DNA of 64,000 bases from Planctomycetota bacterium. Lineage in GTDB: Bacteria; Planctomycetota; UBA8108; UBA1146; JAJFFE01. Below, piece by piece: positions 10,258-18,561 of the stretch (position 1 is the stretch's first letter; each line of letters starts with the position of its first letter). The stretch is taken from the NCBI GenBank assembly GCA_021776775.1, contig JAJFFE010000175.1, forward strand, positions 12,562-76,561, in the 5' to 3' direction. A program made the translations under genes and the position numbers. The notes below the pieces were generated by a model. That model saw only the letters and a list, made by a program, of their open reading frames with translations. It was not told the DNA's origin and did not search any database.

Positions 10258-11073
10258 TCATCTCTGGTTCGTGGTATCGGTGTTCTTGGTGCCGGTATTG
10301 TCGGTGTCGGTTTTCTCGGTAGCACGGTTCTTAGTTGCACTGTTCTCGGTCGCACTGCCCTCGCTAGAAGCACTGGGGGCGTCAGCCTCGGAGCGCCCCG
10401 CGTCCGCAACCACGGGAGCGGTCGCCGCGGGGGTCCCGTTCAGTTCCCAGCCCCACTTCTCATCGATGTCCACGCGACGAAGTTGGCGTTCGAATTGTCG
10501 TGCCCGCCGGGGATCGTCGTCCGCCAGCGCGATTCGCCACGCCAAATGGATCAAGTCGACATCGTCGGCGGCAACCTTCAGACCACGATCGACCGCGGCC
10601 GCGGCCGCGACTAGTTCGTTGCGAACATAGGCGACGCTCGCTTCGCGAATCACCGTCTCGACCCGTTGCTTGCGACGCCGGATGCGCGCCGGCGAGGTGA
10701 CGATGACGGTCCCCACCATCGAGATCATGGTGGCGATTGCGGCGGCGGCCGATCCGACGAGGCCGGTCCACTCGGGAGCACCGAGCCACAACCCCGAGTA
10801 ATCGAGAAAGGCGAAGTCCCAGCCGAAGAAGCCGACCGCCATCAGCAAGAAGCCGGTGAACGTGCGCCCCATGAGGATGGCGACCGAACCAGGTATGGCG
10901 GATAGCGCGATGAGGAAGATGCGGCGCAACTGGCGAATCTCTCTGTGGGGAATCGAAGCGCGGGCGGGCCAAAGTAACGTCGATTCGAGGAACGAACCGG
11001 CGATTATGGTGGGGTCGGTCCGAGGTGAAAGCAAATATCCGAGACCGGGCACCTCTGGTAGGATCCCACCCAT
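10258..11073 (-). CDS. Hypothetical membrane protein with a low-complexity Thr/Asn/Lys-rich C-terminal tail
   Basis: 271-aa ORF with predicted TM helices (IFLIALSAIPGSVAILMG, FLLMAVGFFGW). C-terminal tail TENSATKNRATEKTDTDNTGTKNTDTTNQ is encoded by about three imperfect 15-bp tandem repeats at 10258-10400. The only ATG upstream of the first TM is at 11073. Confidence 0.5.
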   Translation of the reverse strand: MGGILPEVPGLGYLLSPRTDPTIIAGSFLESTLLWPARASIPHREIRQLRRIFLIALSAIPGSVAILMGRTFTGFLLMAVGFFGWDFAFLDYSGLWLGAPEWTGLVGSAAAAIATMISMVGTVIVTSPARIRRRKQRVETVIREASVAYVRNELVAAAAAVDRGLKVAADDVDLIHLAWRIALADDDPRRARQFERQLRRVDIDEKWGWELNGTPAATAPVVADAGRSEADAPSASSEGSATENSATKNRATEKTDTDNTGTKNTDTTNQR

Positions 11074-12220
11074 GTCACGCGGCCCCCTTTCTCCACCAGA
11101 ACTCTCGTTGCTCCGCGCCTTGGACGCGTCGTTCGACCGTCTGACCGAAGCGTTGCGGGTGGTCGAGGATCAACTGCGCTTCGCCGGGTCGCTGCGAACC
11201 CTGCCGGGCCGGTTCAAGGCGCTCCGGCACGAGGCGGCGAAGATCTCTCGCGAGGTAGAACTCGCGGCGGGCGCGCCGCTCGCCGTGTTTCGCGACGTCG
11301 GTTCGGACGCCGGACGCCCGGCCGGGACGGATATCGCCGACGACAACGCGTACCGGTCTTCCCCGCGCCGCTCCGGCCAGGGCGATCTGATCGGGGCCAA
11401 TTGCGCCCGGGCGCGCGAAGCGATCCGTTCGATCGAAGAGTCGCTGCGCGCATTCAGCCGCGCCCCCGACGAATTGGTCCACCGCGCGGAGACGCTGCGA
11501 TACGCGATCTACGCCGACGAGGCGGTCGCCATCGGGCTGTCTCGCCGCAGCGGTCGACTCGCGGACGCCAACCTCTACGTGCTGGTGACGACCGAGCTCT
11601 GCGCCGGTGACCCGCGCGACATCACGCGAGCTGCGGTGCGCGGGGGCGCACAGTTGATCCAGCTCCGGGAAAAGAGCATGGCGAAGCGCGAGTTCCTGTC
11701 GCTCGCCCGAGAACTTCGCGAGATAACCGCGGCCGAGGGGGCGCTGTTCATCGTCAACGACGCCATCGACATCGCCCAGCTGTGCGGCGCCGACGGGGTT
11801 CACCAGGGCCAGGAAGATCTACCACCTGCCGAGGTCCGCAAGCTCCTGGGGCCGGACGCGATCATCGGCATTTCGACGCACTGCCCGGAGGACGCCGCGC
11901 GTGCCGAAGCCGACGGCGCGGACTACATCGGCGTGGGACCGATCTTCGAGACGAAGACCAAAGAACACCGCCGATCGGTCGGGCTCGACTACATCGCCGG
12001 CGCCTCGCAAGCGTCGTCGATTCCAGGTTTCGCCATCGGCAGCGTCAATCGGTCGACCATCGACGAGGTCATCCGAGCCGGGGCAGAACGCGTGGCGATC
12101 TGCACGGGTGTGATTGCAGCCGACGATGCGGAAGCCGCCGCGCGCTGGTTCCGCGCCAAGCTCGACGCCGCCGGCGCCGAGCTCGAAACCCGCCCCGCCC
12201 CACCACCCGAGGAGGCGTAG
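11072..12220 (+). CDS. thiE: Thiamine-phosphate synthase (ThiE-like) with a ~155-aa N-terminal extension
   Basis: C-terminal 220 aa carry ThiE motifs: LYVLVT, GAQLIQLREK, ALFIVNDAIDIAQLCGADGVHQGQEDLP, IGISTH, GADYIGVGPIFETKTK. Start chosen at MSRGPLSPPE (ATG 11072). The longer ORF from 10856 would be antisense to the neighbouring gene. Confidence 0.75.
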   Translation: MSRGPLSPPELSLLRALDASFDRLTEALRVVEDQLRFAGSLRTLPGRFKALRHEAAKISREVELAAGAPLAVFRDVGSDAGRPAGTDIADDNAYRSSPRRSGQGDLIGANCARAREAIRSIEESLRAFSRAPDELVHRAETLRYAIYADEAVAIGLSRRSGRLADANLYVLVTTELCAGDPRDITRAAVRGGAQLIQLREKSMAKREFLSLARELREITAAEGALFIVNDAIDIAQLCGADGVHQGQEDLPPAEVRKLLGPDAIIGISTHCPEDAARAEADGADYIGVGPIFETKTKEHRRSVGLDYIAGASQASSIPGFAIGSVNRSTIDEVIRAGAERVAICTGVIAADDAEAAARWFRAKLDAAGAELETRPAPPPEEA

Positions 12221-12226
12221 CCGCCG

Positions 12227-14098
12227 ATGCCGAGAAAACCGGATCGATCTCGCCGAAGCACACTGTGGGGTCTCGTTGTGATCGCGCTCATCATCGCCGC
12301 GTTCACCGCTTACTTCTGGCCGGACGATCCGGACAAAGAGAACCTACCAACCGCGCTCTCTGCCATCGTCGACGACCTCGTCAGTGACAGCCCCCACCGA
12401 CGATCCACCGCCCGTCAAGATGCGTGGACGTTACTCGTCGATCCCGTGCGCTCGACGCTAGGTATCCGGATGTCACGCGTCGAACGAATCGTGCCCGCCG
12501 AGTGGTTTCGCGACCGCGGGGCACCGATCGTCACCGACGCACTCTTGCGCCACTTCCGCGAAGGGTGGGAAGAGGACGAAGCGCACGAACTACTCGTCGC
12601 GCTCATCGACATGTACCCGAACGCCTGTCGCCGAGTCACGCTCGACCCCATCCGCGGCTCGCTCGACTCGACCATGGTCGACACTCCGATCGATGGTGTG
12701 GCGATTGCGCGCGAGATTGCCGCGGTCACTCCGCTCGGTTGCTACTTGAGCTACCGGCTCGACGTAACGGACACACCGATACAGCCGTTGATCGCCGCGT
12801 CGTTGTTGACCGCGTACCGTCGTCCGGCGCCCACCGCTCTACGTCTGCACTGGATTCGACTGCTGAGGCGAGTCTCCGATCACGACCTTCGGCCGCTGGC
12901 GCTGCTCAATCGTGGCCCCGATCGCTGGGTCGATCCAGAGTGGGTGTCACTGGCGCGAGACCGCGGCCTCGACTATCGCGACATGGACGACTGGTGCGAA
13001 CGCGGCGACCACGACGCCGCCCGTCGTGAGCTGATCACAACACTGCTCGGTTCGGGCGATAGCGCGCAACGCGCCCGCGGCCTCGATCGCTTTCGGTGGG
13101 ACCCGGTGGCCGATCTCGACGACCAAGTCCTCCAGCTCGCCGTCTCCGGTGAACTGGGCGATCGCCGCGTCGCGCTCGCCGCGTTGCCCGGAATCCCCAC
13201 CGAACGCGCGGGCACGGTGATCACGGAAGCGCTCGACGATCCGAACTTGCGCGATGTCGCACTGAACGCAGCGCGCGCGCTATCGGGAGCGTCGTTCGGA
13301 TTCCTCGACGGAGGGTGGAACGTCGGGCTGACCCCGGTCGCACATCTCGAAGCGCTCGACGCGTGGCGTGACCTGATCGATCGAGTCGCTCCCGTTTCAC
13401 CGTTCGCCGAGTCGCAACGATCCGACCTCGAGTTTCGCGCCTACGTTCAGCTACTCGCCCCGCGCGTTCGTCGCGGAGACTTGTCGAAGAACATCGTCTC
13501 GAGCACCATTCCGTCTCTTGCCGCGCACGGACTCTCGCCCACGACACCGGCGCCCATCCGCGCCGCGACCTGGGCAACCGTCGCGCGCTGGGAGCAACCG
13601 CCGGTCGACGTCTTGGTCCGCGCAATTCTCGGCGAGACCAACGCCACCATTCGCACGTCGCTCGTCGACGCCTTGTTGGTGTCCGGCCACGAAGGCATCG
13701 GCCCGGCGCTCGATGAAGCGCTCGACGCGATCACTAAGTCGCAGCAGTTCGACGGGATCGAGCTGACCCGCGCGTACAGCGTCGCCTTTCCCACGATCCG
13801 CCTCCTGGAATCGCTGCTGCCCGCGCTCACCAGTTCGGAAAGCCGACGTCGCGCGGCCGGGGCGTACCTCGCCGGTGGATTGACCGTGCCGCGCGCCGAC
13901 GAACAACGCGGCAAGTTGCTCATCCTCGCCGAGCTTCTAGACGACGATGCGGAAGGCACACGCTACTGGGCGCACGCCAGCCTGCGCGCGCTCTTTGGCG
14001 GCGACTTTGGCTACGACGCACGCCGATCGAAAGACGCCAACCTCGAAGCGGTTCGCAAATGGCGCACGCGTGTGACTGAGGGAAGCCGCAAGGAATAG
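12227..14098 (+). CDS. Hypothetical HEAT/armadillo-like repeat protein with N-terminal TM anchor
   Basis: 623-aa ORF. N-terminal TM LWGLVVIALIIAAFTAYFW. Repeated helical units (DPNLRDVALNAARALSG-like). No catalytic motifs recognised. Confidence 0.6.
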   Translation: MPRKPDRSRRSTLWGLVVIALIIAAFTAYFWPDDPDKENLPTALSAIVDDLVSDSPHRRSTARQDAWTLLVDPVRSTLGIRMSRVERIVPAEWFRDRGAPIVTDALLRHFREGWEEDEAHELLVALIDMYPNACRRVTLDPIRGSLDSTMVDTPIDGVAIAREIAAVTPLGCYLSYRLDVTDTPIQPLIAASLLTAYRRPAPTALRLHWIRLLRRVSDHDLRPLALLNRGPDRWVDPEWVSLARDRGLDYRDMDDWCERGDHDAARRELITTLLGSGDSAQRARGLDRFRWDPVADLDDQVLQLAVSGELGDRRVALAALPGIPTERAGTVITEALDDPNLRDVALNAARALSGASFGFLDGGWNVGLTPVAHLEALDAWRDLIDRVAPVSPFAESQRSDLEFRAYVQLLAPRVRRGDLSKNIVSSTIPSLAAHGLSPTTPAPIRAATWATVARWEQPPVDVLVRAILGETNATIRTSLVDALLVSGHEGIGPALDEALDAITKSQQFDGIELTRAYSVAFPTIRLLESLLPALTSSESRRRAAGAYLAGGLTVPRADEQRGKLLILAELLDDDAEGTRYWAHASLRALFGGDFGYDARRSKDANLEAVRKWRTRVTEGSRKE

Positions 14099-14168
14099 GC
14101 GACCGCCCTGAGCAGCGAACGGAACAGGGCACGGAACCGGAACCCGCAACGGACAGGAGACGGCATCA

Positions 14169-14687
14169 GTGACGCCATCCGAATCGAACCCCGTTGAGAT
14201 TCGACCCGCGACCGAGTCAGACCTCGGCGCGCTGAACGATATCTACAACCACTACATCCGAACGACGACGATCACGTTTGATATTGAACCCATCGCAATG
14301 CCTCGACGCCGCGAATGGTTCAGCCACTACGCGGTCACGGGGCGTCATCGTCTCTTCGTCGCGGTGACCGGCAGCTCGTTACTCGGTTACGCCACGAGCA
14401 GCCAGTTCCGTGGCAAGGCCGCGTACGACACCTCGGTCGAAACGACCGTCTACCTCGCCCCCGACGCCGGCGGACGCGGAGTGGGCACTCGGCTCTACGA
14501 CACACTCTTCACCGCGCTCGAGGGTGAAGACGTGCACTGCGCCTTGGCTGGGATCACCCTTCCAAACCCGGCGTCGCTCGCCCTCCACGAGAAGTTCGGA
14601 TTCCGCGAAGTCGGTGTGTTCACCGAAGTCGGCCGCAAGTTCGATCGCTTCTGGGACGTCGGCTGGTACCGCAAGGCGCTGAGGTAG
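14169..14687 (+). CDS. GNAT-family N-acetyltransferase (phosphinothricin acetyltransferase-like)
   Basis: Acetyl-CoA binding motif RGVGTRLYDTL and C-terminal HEKFGFREVGVF, typical of PAT/GNAT. Confidence 0.8.
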   Translation: MTPSESNPVEIRPATESDLGALNDIYNHYIRTTTITFDIEPIAMPRRREWFSHYAVTGRHRLFVAVTGSSLLGYATSSQFRGKAAYDTSVETTVYLAPDAGGRGVGTRLYDTLFTALEGEDVHCALAGITLPNPASLALHEKFGFREVGVFTEVGRKFDRFWDVGWYRKALR

Positions 14688-14700
14688 AACAAGGACCGAC

Positions 14701-15798
14701 ATGGATGAACTCGATCGACCGCTCGCGCTGCCCTGTGGCCTCGAGCTGAGGAACGCCATCGCGTTGGCGCCGCTCACCAATCTTCAAAGCCACGAGGATG
14801 GCACGCTTGGCGACGACGAGCTTCGGTGGTTGCTGCGCCGGGCACAAGGAGGCTTCGGGCTGGTCAGCACCTGCGCCGCCCACGTCTCCGACGAAGGGCA
14901 CGCGTGGCCGGGGCAGCTCGGCATCGCCGGCGCCCAACACGAGGAAGGGCTGCTACGGCTAGCGGACGCAATCAGAGGGGAAGGAGCCGCGGGGATCGTG
15001 CAGCTCTATCACGGCGGCGACAAAGCGACCCTGTCACCGGGAGTTCGACTGGGCACCGTGGATGGGGAATCGGTTCGAGGGGCAACGGTTGACGACCTTC
15101 ACCGCGTCACCCGCGAGTTCATCGCCGCCGCGCGCCGGGCCGAGGCCGCCGGTTTCGCCGGCGTCGAACTGCATGGCGCCAACGGTTACCTGTTCACCCA
15201 GTTTCTGGCGCCGGCGGACAACCCTCGCGACGATGAGTACGGCGGTGACCTCGAAGGACGCGCCCGCTTCCTTAGAGAAACCGTGCGTGCGGTGCGCGAC
15301 TCTGTCTCGGCGGGGTTCGCGGTCGGGGTTCGCGTCTCCCCCGTCGACGTCTGGAACCAACGCGGCCTGCGACTCGATGATGGCGTTGCCGTCGGTCGTT
15401 GGTTGGCCGACGACGGTGCCGACTTCATACACCTCTCGCTATCGGACGCGTCCGCACCGCCGCCGTTCGAGCCCGATCGGGGACCGGTGGCCAGAGCGTT
15501 TCGCGATGCACTGCCAGCGAGCGTTCCCGTATTCGCGGCGGGCGGCATCTGGACACGAGACGACGCGAAGCGCGCGGTCGAAGCCGGAGTCAACGCCGTG
15601 GTGCTCGGCCGCGCCGCCATCGCCCACCCCGATTGGCCCACCGTCTCGACCCAACCGGGCTGGGAACCGAAGCGGCCGATGTGGAAGCCCGACGAACTTC
15701 GCGCGGTCGACGTCGGGGCAGCGTTCCTCGACTATCTGCGTAAGTTCTCGGGGCTGGTCGAGGGCGGCAAACCAGCGCATGCCCCGGCAGAATCGTGA
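14701..15798 (+). CDS. Old Yellow Enzyme family NADH:flavin oxidoreductase
   Basis: Signature HGANGYLFTQFL, TIM-barrel OYE pattern, FAAGGI near the C-terminus. Confidence 0.8.
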   Translation: MDELDRPLALPCGLELRNAIALAPLTNLQSHEDGTLGDDELRWLLRRAQGGFGLVSTCAAHVSDEGHAWPGQLGIAGAQHEEGLLRLADAIRGEGAAGIVQLYHGGDKATLSPGVRLGTVDGESVRGATVDDLHRVTREFIAAARRAEAAGFAGVELHGANGYLFTQFLAPADNPRDDEYGGDLEGRARFLRETVRAVRDSVSAGFAVGVRVSPVDVWNQRGLRLDDGVAVGRWLADDGADFIHLSLSDASAPPPFEPDRGPVARAFRDALPASVPVFAAGGIWTRDDAKRAVEAGVNAVVLGRAAIAHPDWPTVSTQPGWEPKRPMWKPDELRAVDVGAAFLDYLRKFSGLVEGGKPAHAPAES

Positions 15799-15804
15799 GC
15801 CGCC

Positions 15805-17802
15805 TCAGAAACCGGGAGCGCGGTTCGTATTGATGTTTGTGTTTCCTCCGGTAGTGAATCGGAAGATCGACGGCATGCGTTGAATGGCAGCCGCTCGTTG
15901 TTCATCCGTCAGCTGTGCGAGAATTTTCCGTTCGAACTCGAGCTGAAGATCGCGAACTCTCGAATCGAATGCGACGCGTTCAGAGTCTGAGACTGTGTCG
16001 AGGTTCGTCGTCGCAAGGAGAGTGCGAGCTCGCTCGACGTAGTCCGCGACTTCGCGCTCGGCCCACGGGCGCTGGTCAGAGGTCAGACCGAACTGAGTCA
16101 TCCACTCGCGGCCGATCACCACTCCTAGATCTGAGCGATCGACTCCGATGTCGAGTTTGCGCGTGCTCCCGTCGCGAATCTGGCTCCAGATCGGATCGAG
16201 CCGGCGGAAGTTGTCGCGTTGCTCGGGCGTGAGGCGGTCGAGGAACCGATCGGAAACGCCGGCGATGAGTTCTCGGCGTTGGCCATGCAGCTCGATCGGG
16301 GTGATCGAATCCGAAAGCTCGATCCGACTGACGGCGTCGCGACTCAGATCCATAAGGGCGCTGCGTTGATCGGAGTCGAGATCGAGGAACGCAGCCAGGT
16401 ACGTGTCCATGATTTGCGGGAAGAACCGTTCGTCAAGCATCGGTTGATCGCTCTCGAGACGAACGAGCGCCGCGACCTTCTCGAGTTCCGCCAGGAGCAC
16501 TCTTCGCGACGCCTGCAGTTCGGGGCTGAGCCCTCGCGAACCCGAACCGGACTCGACGAGGTCCGCAATAGCGAAGAGGACGCCGCGACTCTCCGCGGTG
16601 AGTGCGCGCAGTCCATCCCAATCGATGTTCAACCCCGCAGTATCGCTCGACCCATCTTCCGTCGCGCTGACCGGAACGATCTTCGATTGCGCCTCGGCTC
16701 GAGCCTCCGTGTCGGCGAGTCTTTTCTCGAGATCTTCCGACCGTTCGCGGAGCGACTCGAGCTCCGACTCCAATTGCTTCGTATGGTCGATCGCCCCGTC
16801 TCGTTCCTGCTCGAGTCGTGACCGTTGTTCCGCCGCTTCGTCGGTGGCGGTAGCCAGAGTCGAGCCGGCGAACCACGCCTTGGTTCCCCAACCCGCGATG
16901 AACGTAACGAGCGCGACAGCGGTGGTGATCACGAGCAGTTTTTGCGACACGACGAATCCTGCCAATCCGAGGCTGGTGCTGCTCGACACGGTGGAACTCG
17001 TGACGAGGGAAGCGAGGTTGTTGCTGAGACACTCCGGCACCGAGACGGCTGGAGCCGAGCACATGGACGATTCAACGAAGGGAACGAGCGCCGCGTGCCC
17101 CGCCCCGTGCAGCCGTTGGCGGAGTGCATCCAGAGCCGCGCGAAGTCGGTCGGCGACCGTGGTGCGGGGAAGTTCGAGGGTGCTCGCTATCGCGCGCTGT
17201 GAAAGCCCCCCGTAGTAGTGCAGCAGCAGGAGCGAGCGTTGCTCCGACGGAAGGGAATGGAGTTCACACTCGATGCAGCTGAGTGCTTCGGCGTCTAGGT
17301 CGTCTCGATCCGATTCCAACACCTCGGTCACCGCGACTCTCCGTTCACGCTGCTCGCGCGCTCGATCCCGCCGGCCTCGTTCACGCACGAGATTCGCGGC
17401 AACACGATAGAGCCACGGCTCAGGGTCGCGAATCCGATCGAACTCTGTCAGAGCGCGCGTGAAGACCTCTTGCGTCAGGTCCGCAGCCAACTCCGGGTCT
17501 CTCACCATACGAACGAGATACGAGTAGATCGGTTGCTGCCACTGGACGACCAGATCCTCGCGAGTCAGTCGTTGGGATCTCTGTAACAAAGCACGACCTC
17601 CTGACGTCGTCTCGAACCCGCGCGGGACTGCAGCCCGGTTCCGATCCCATCCCCCGCTGGCGTCGAGCGTCCGCTCGCCAGCGATGGACAGTCTCAGAAC
17701 GGCTTCTCGCCCGTTCTCTCTACTAGAGTCTCTGCCCCTCGAAGTGGACGGGGTCGAGTTTAGATTCTCGATGGGACTGAGTCTCGCGGCGGTCCTTCGC
17801 AC
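15805..17802 (-). CDS. ECF sigma-70 factor fused to a TM segment and a ~380-aa C-terminal anti-sigma-like coiled-coil domain
   Basis: Region 2 (DLTQEVFTRAL..PWLYRVAANL) and region 4 (LPSEQRSLLLLHYYGGLSQRAIASTLELPRTTVADRL), then hydrophobic LLVITTAVALVTFIAGWG and a coiled-coil EQERDGAIDHTKQLESELESLRERSEDLEKRLADTEARAE. The exact start is uncertain and may be a non-ATG start internal to the ORF. Confidence 0.7.
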   Translation of the reverse strand: MRRTAARLSPIENLNSTPSTSRGRDSSRENGREAVLRLSIAGERTLDASGGWDRNRAAVPRGFETTSGGRALLQRSQRLTREDLVVQWQQPIYSYLVRMVRDPELAADLTQEVFTRALTEFDRIRDPEPWLYRVAANLVRERGRRDRAREQRERRVAVTEVLESDRDDLDAEALSCIECELHSLPSEQRSLLLLHYYGGLSQRAIASTLELPRTTVADRLRAALDALRQRLHGAGHAALVPFVESSMCSAPAVSVPECLSNNLASLVTSSTVSSSTSLGLAGFVVSQKLLVITTAVALVTFIAGWGTKAWFAGSTLATATDEAAEQRSRLEQERDGAIDHTKQLESELESLRERSEDLEKRLADTEARAEAQSKIVPVSATEDGSSDTAGLNIDWDGLRALTAESRGVLFAIADLVESGSGSRGLSPELQASRRVLLAELEKVAALVRLESDQPMLDERFFPQIMDTYLAAFLDLDSDQRSALMDLSRDAVSRIELSDSITPIELHGQRRELIAGVSDRFLDRLTPEQRDNFRRLDPIWSQIRDGSTRKLDIGVDRSDLGVVIGREWMTQFGLTSDQRPWAEREVADYVERARTLLATTNLDTVSDSERVAFDSRVRDLQLEFERKILAQLTDEQRAAAIQRMPSIFRFTTGGNTNINTNRAPGF

Positions 17803-18030
17803 TTTTTGGACCCCCGTCCGCGCGCCGGAAAATTCGACCTGATCGCGCCCTTCGCGAGAGCTAAGTCCGGGCTAGAGGCCCGGCCGAAAAGTCAGAGGCG
17901 CGGTGCGCGGCGGTCTTCGACGGAATCTCACCATTCGTAATCCTCAACGAATCCACCCATTCGCCTGCGAATTCCGAACGGCAATCTTCCGCCGAACTCC
18001 ACCACTCACCGCACCTGCACTTTCCGGCCG

Positions 18031-18113
18031 CACCTCTAGACTCAAACGCGATCACCAACTCGCCACCGGCGTCGAGTTCCTCGCCATGCTCGTGCCCCAC
18101 ATCCAACATCGGA
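18031..18113. repeat. Direct repeat A, copy 1 (~85 bp, about 90% identical to 34171-34250)
   Basis: gactcaaacgcgatcaccaactcgccaccggcgtcgagttcctcgccatgctcgtgccccacatccaacatcgg aligns with 34178-34250 with a 1-nt indel and a few mismatches. Confidence 0.8.
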
Positions 18114-18398
18114 TGTAAGAATAGGATGTACGGCGCGCTCTCCACGACCTTGCGCAAGCGCTTCGGTTGGATCGCCAGCCCGCCGACGCCCGAGGCTTCC
18201 AATTCCGACAACCCCAAATCTACGTTTCGATGACCACTCCGATACCCGATCCGCGTGCACTTCTTCTCGGGAGAGTCGTAGTATTGATCGAATGTCGTCG
18301 AGATGTTTGGCTTGTCCGCTGATCGAATGATATTCGAGTTTGATGAGAACCAAGTAGTCGGCTGGCGGTACGTCGATCGAAAAGCCGCCAAGAGTCAC
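18042..18398 (-). CDS. Hypothetical protein, possibly a gene fragment. Its 3' part overlaps repeat A1.
   Basis: ORF-table ORF. N-terminal MTLGGFSIDVPPADYLVLIKLEYHSISGQAKHLDDIRSIL looks protein-like (K/RDxxDI motif as in nucleotidyltransferase-fold toxins). The C-terminal part dissolves into repeat-A sequence. Confidence 0.3.
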   Translation of the reverse strand: MTLGGFSIDVPPADYLVLIKLEYHSISGQAKHLDDIRSILRLSREEVHADRVSEWSSKRRFGVVGIGSLGRRRAGDPTEALAQGRGERAVHPILTSDVGCGARAWRGTRRRWRVGDRV

Positions 18399-18561
18399 AC
18401 TGATTTCGCTCCTTCATTCCAAGTGACAGCAGAACAACTGCCAGCACAGAATCAAAGAATGCGCTGATCATACGTGGGGGCGCCGTCCGGGTCAGCGACG
18501 AGCTTGACAGCCCCCTTGAGGACGTCCGGACGCGCCTCCCCGCTGCGCTGTCCATTGCGAG

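Noticed and set aside
10258-10400. Imperfect 15-bp tandem repeats (ggttttctcggtagc / acggttcttagttgc / actgttctcggtcgc), considered as a minisatellite or CRISPR-like array
   Set aside because: Only about 3 degenerate units, in-frame, encoding the low-complexity C-terminal tail of the 10258..11073 membrane protein. No spacer/repeat architecture.
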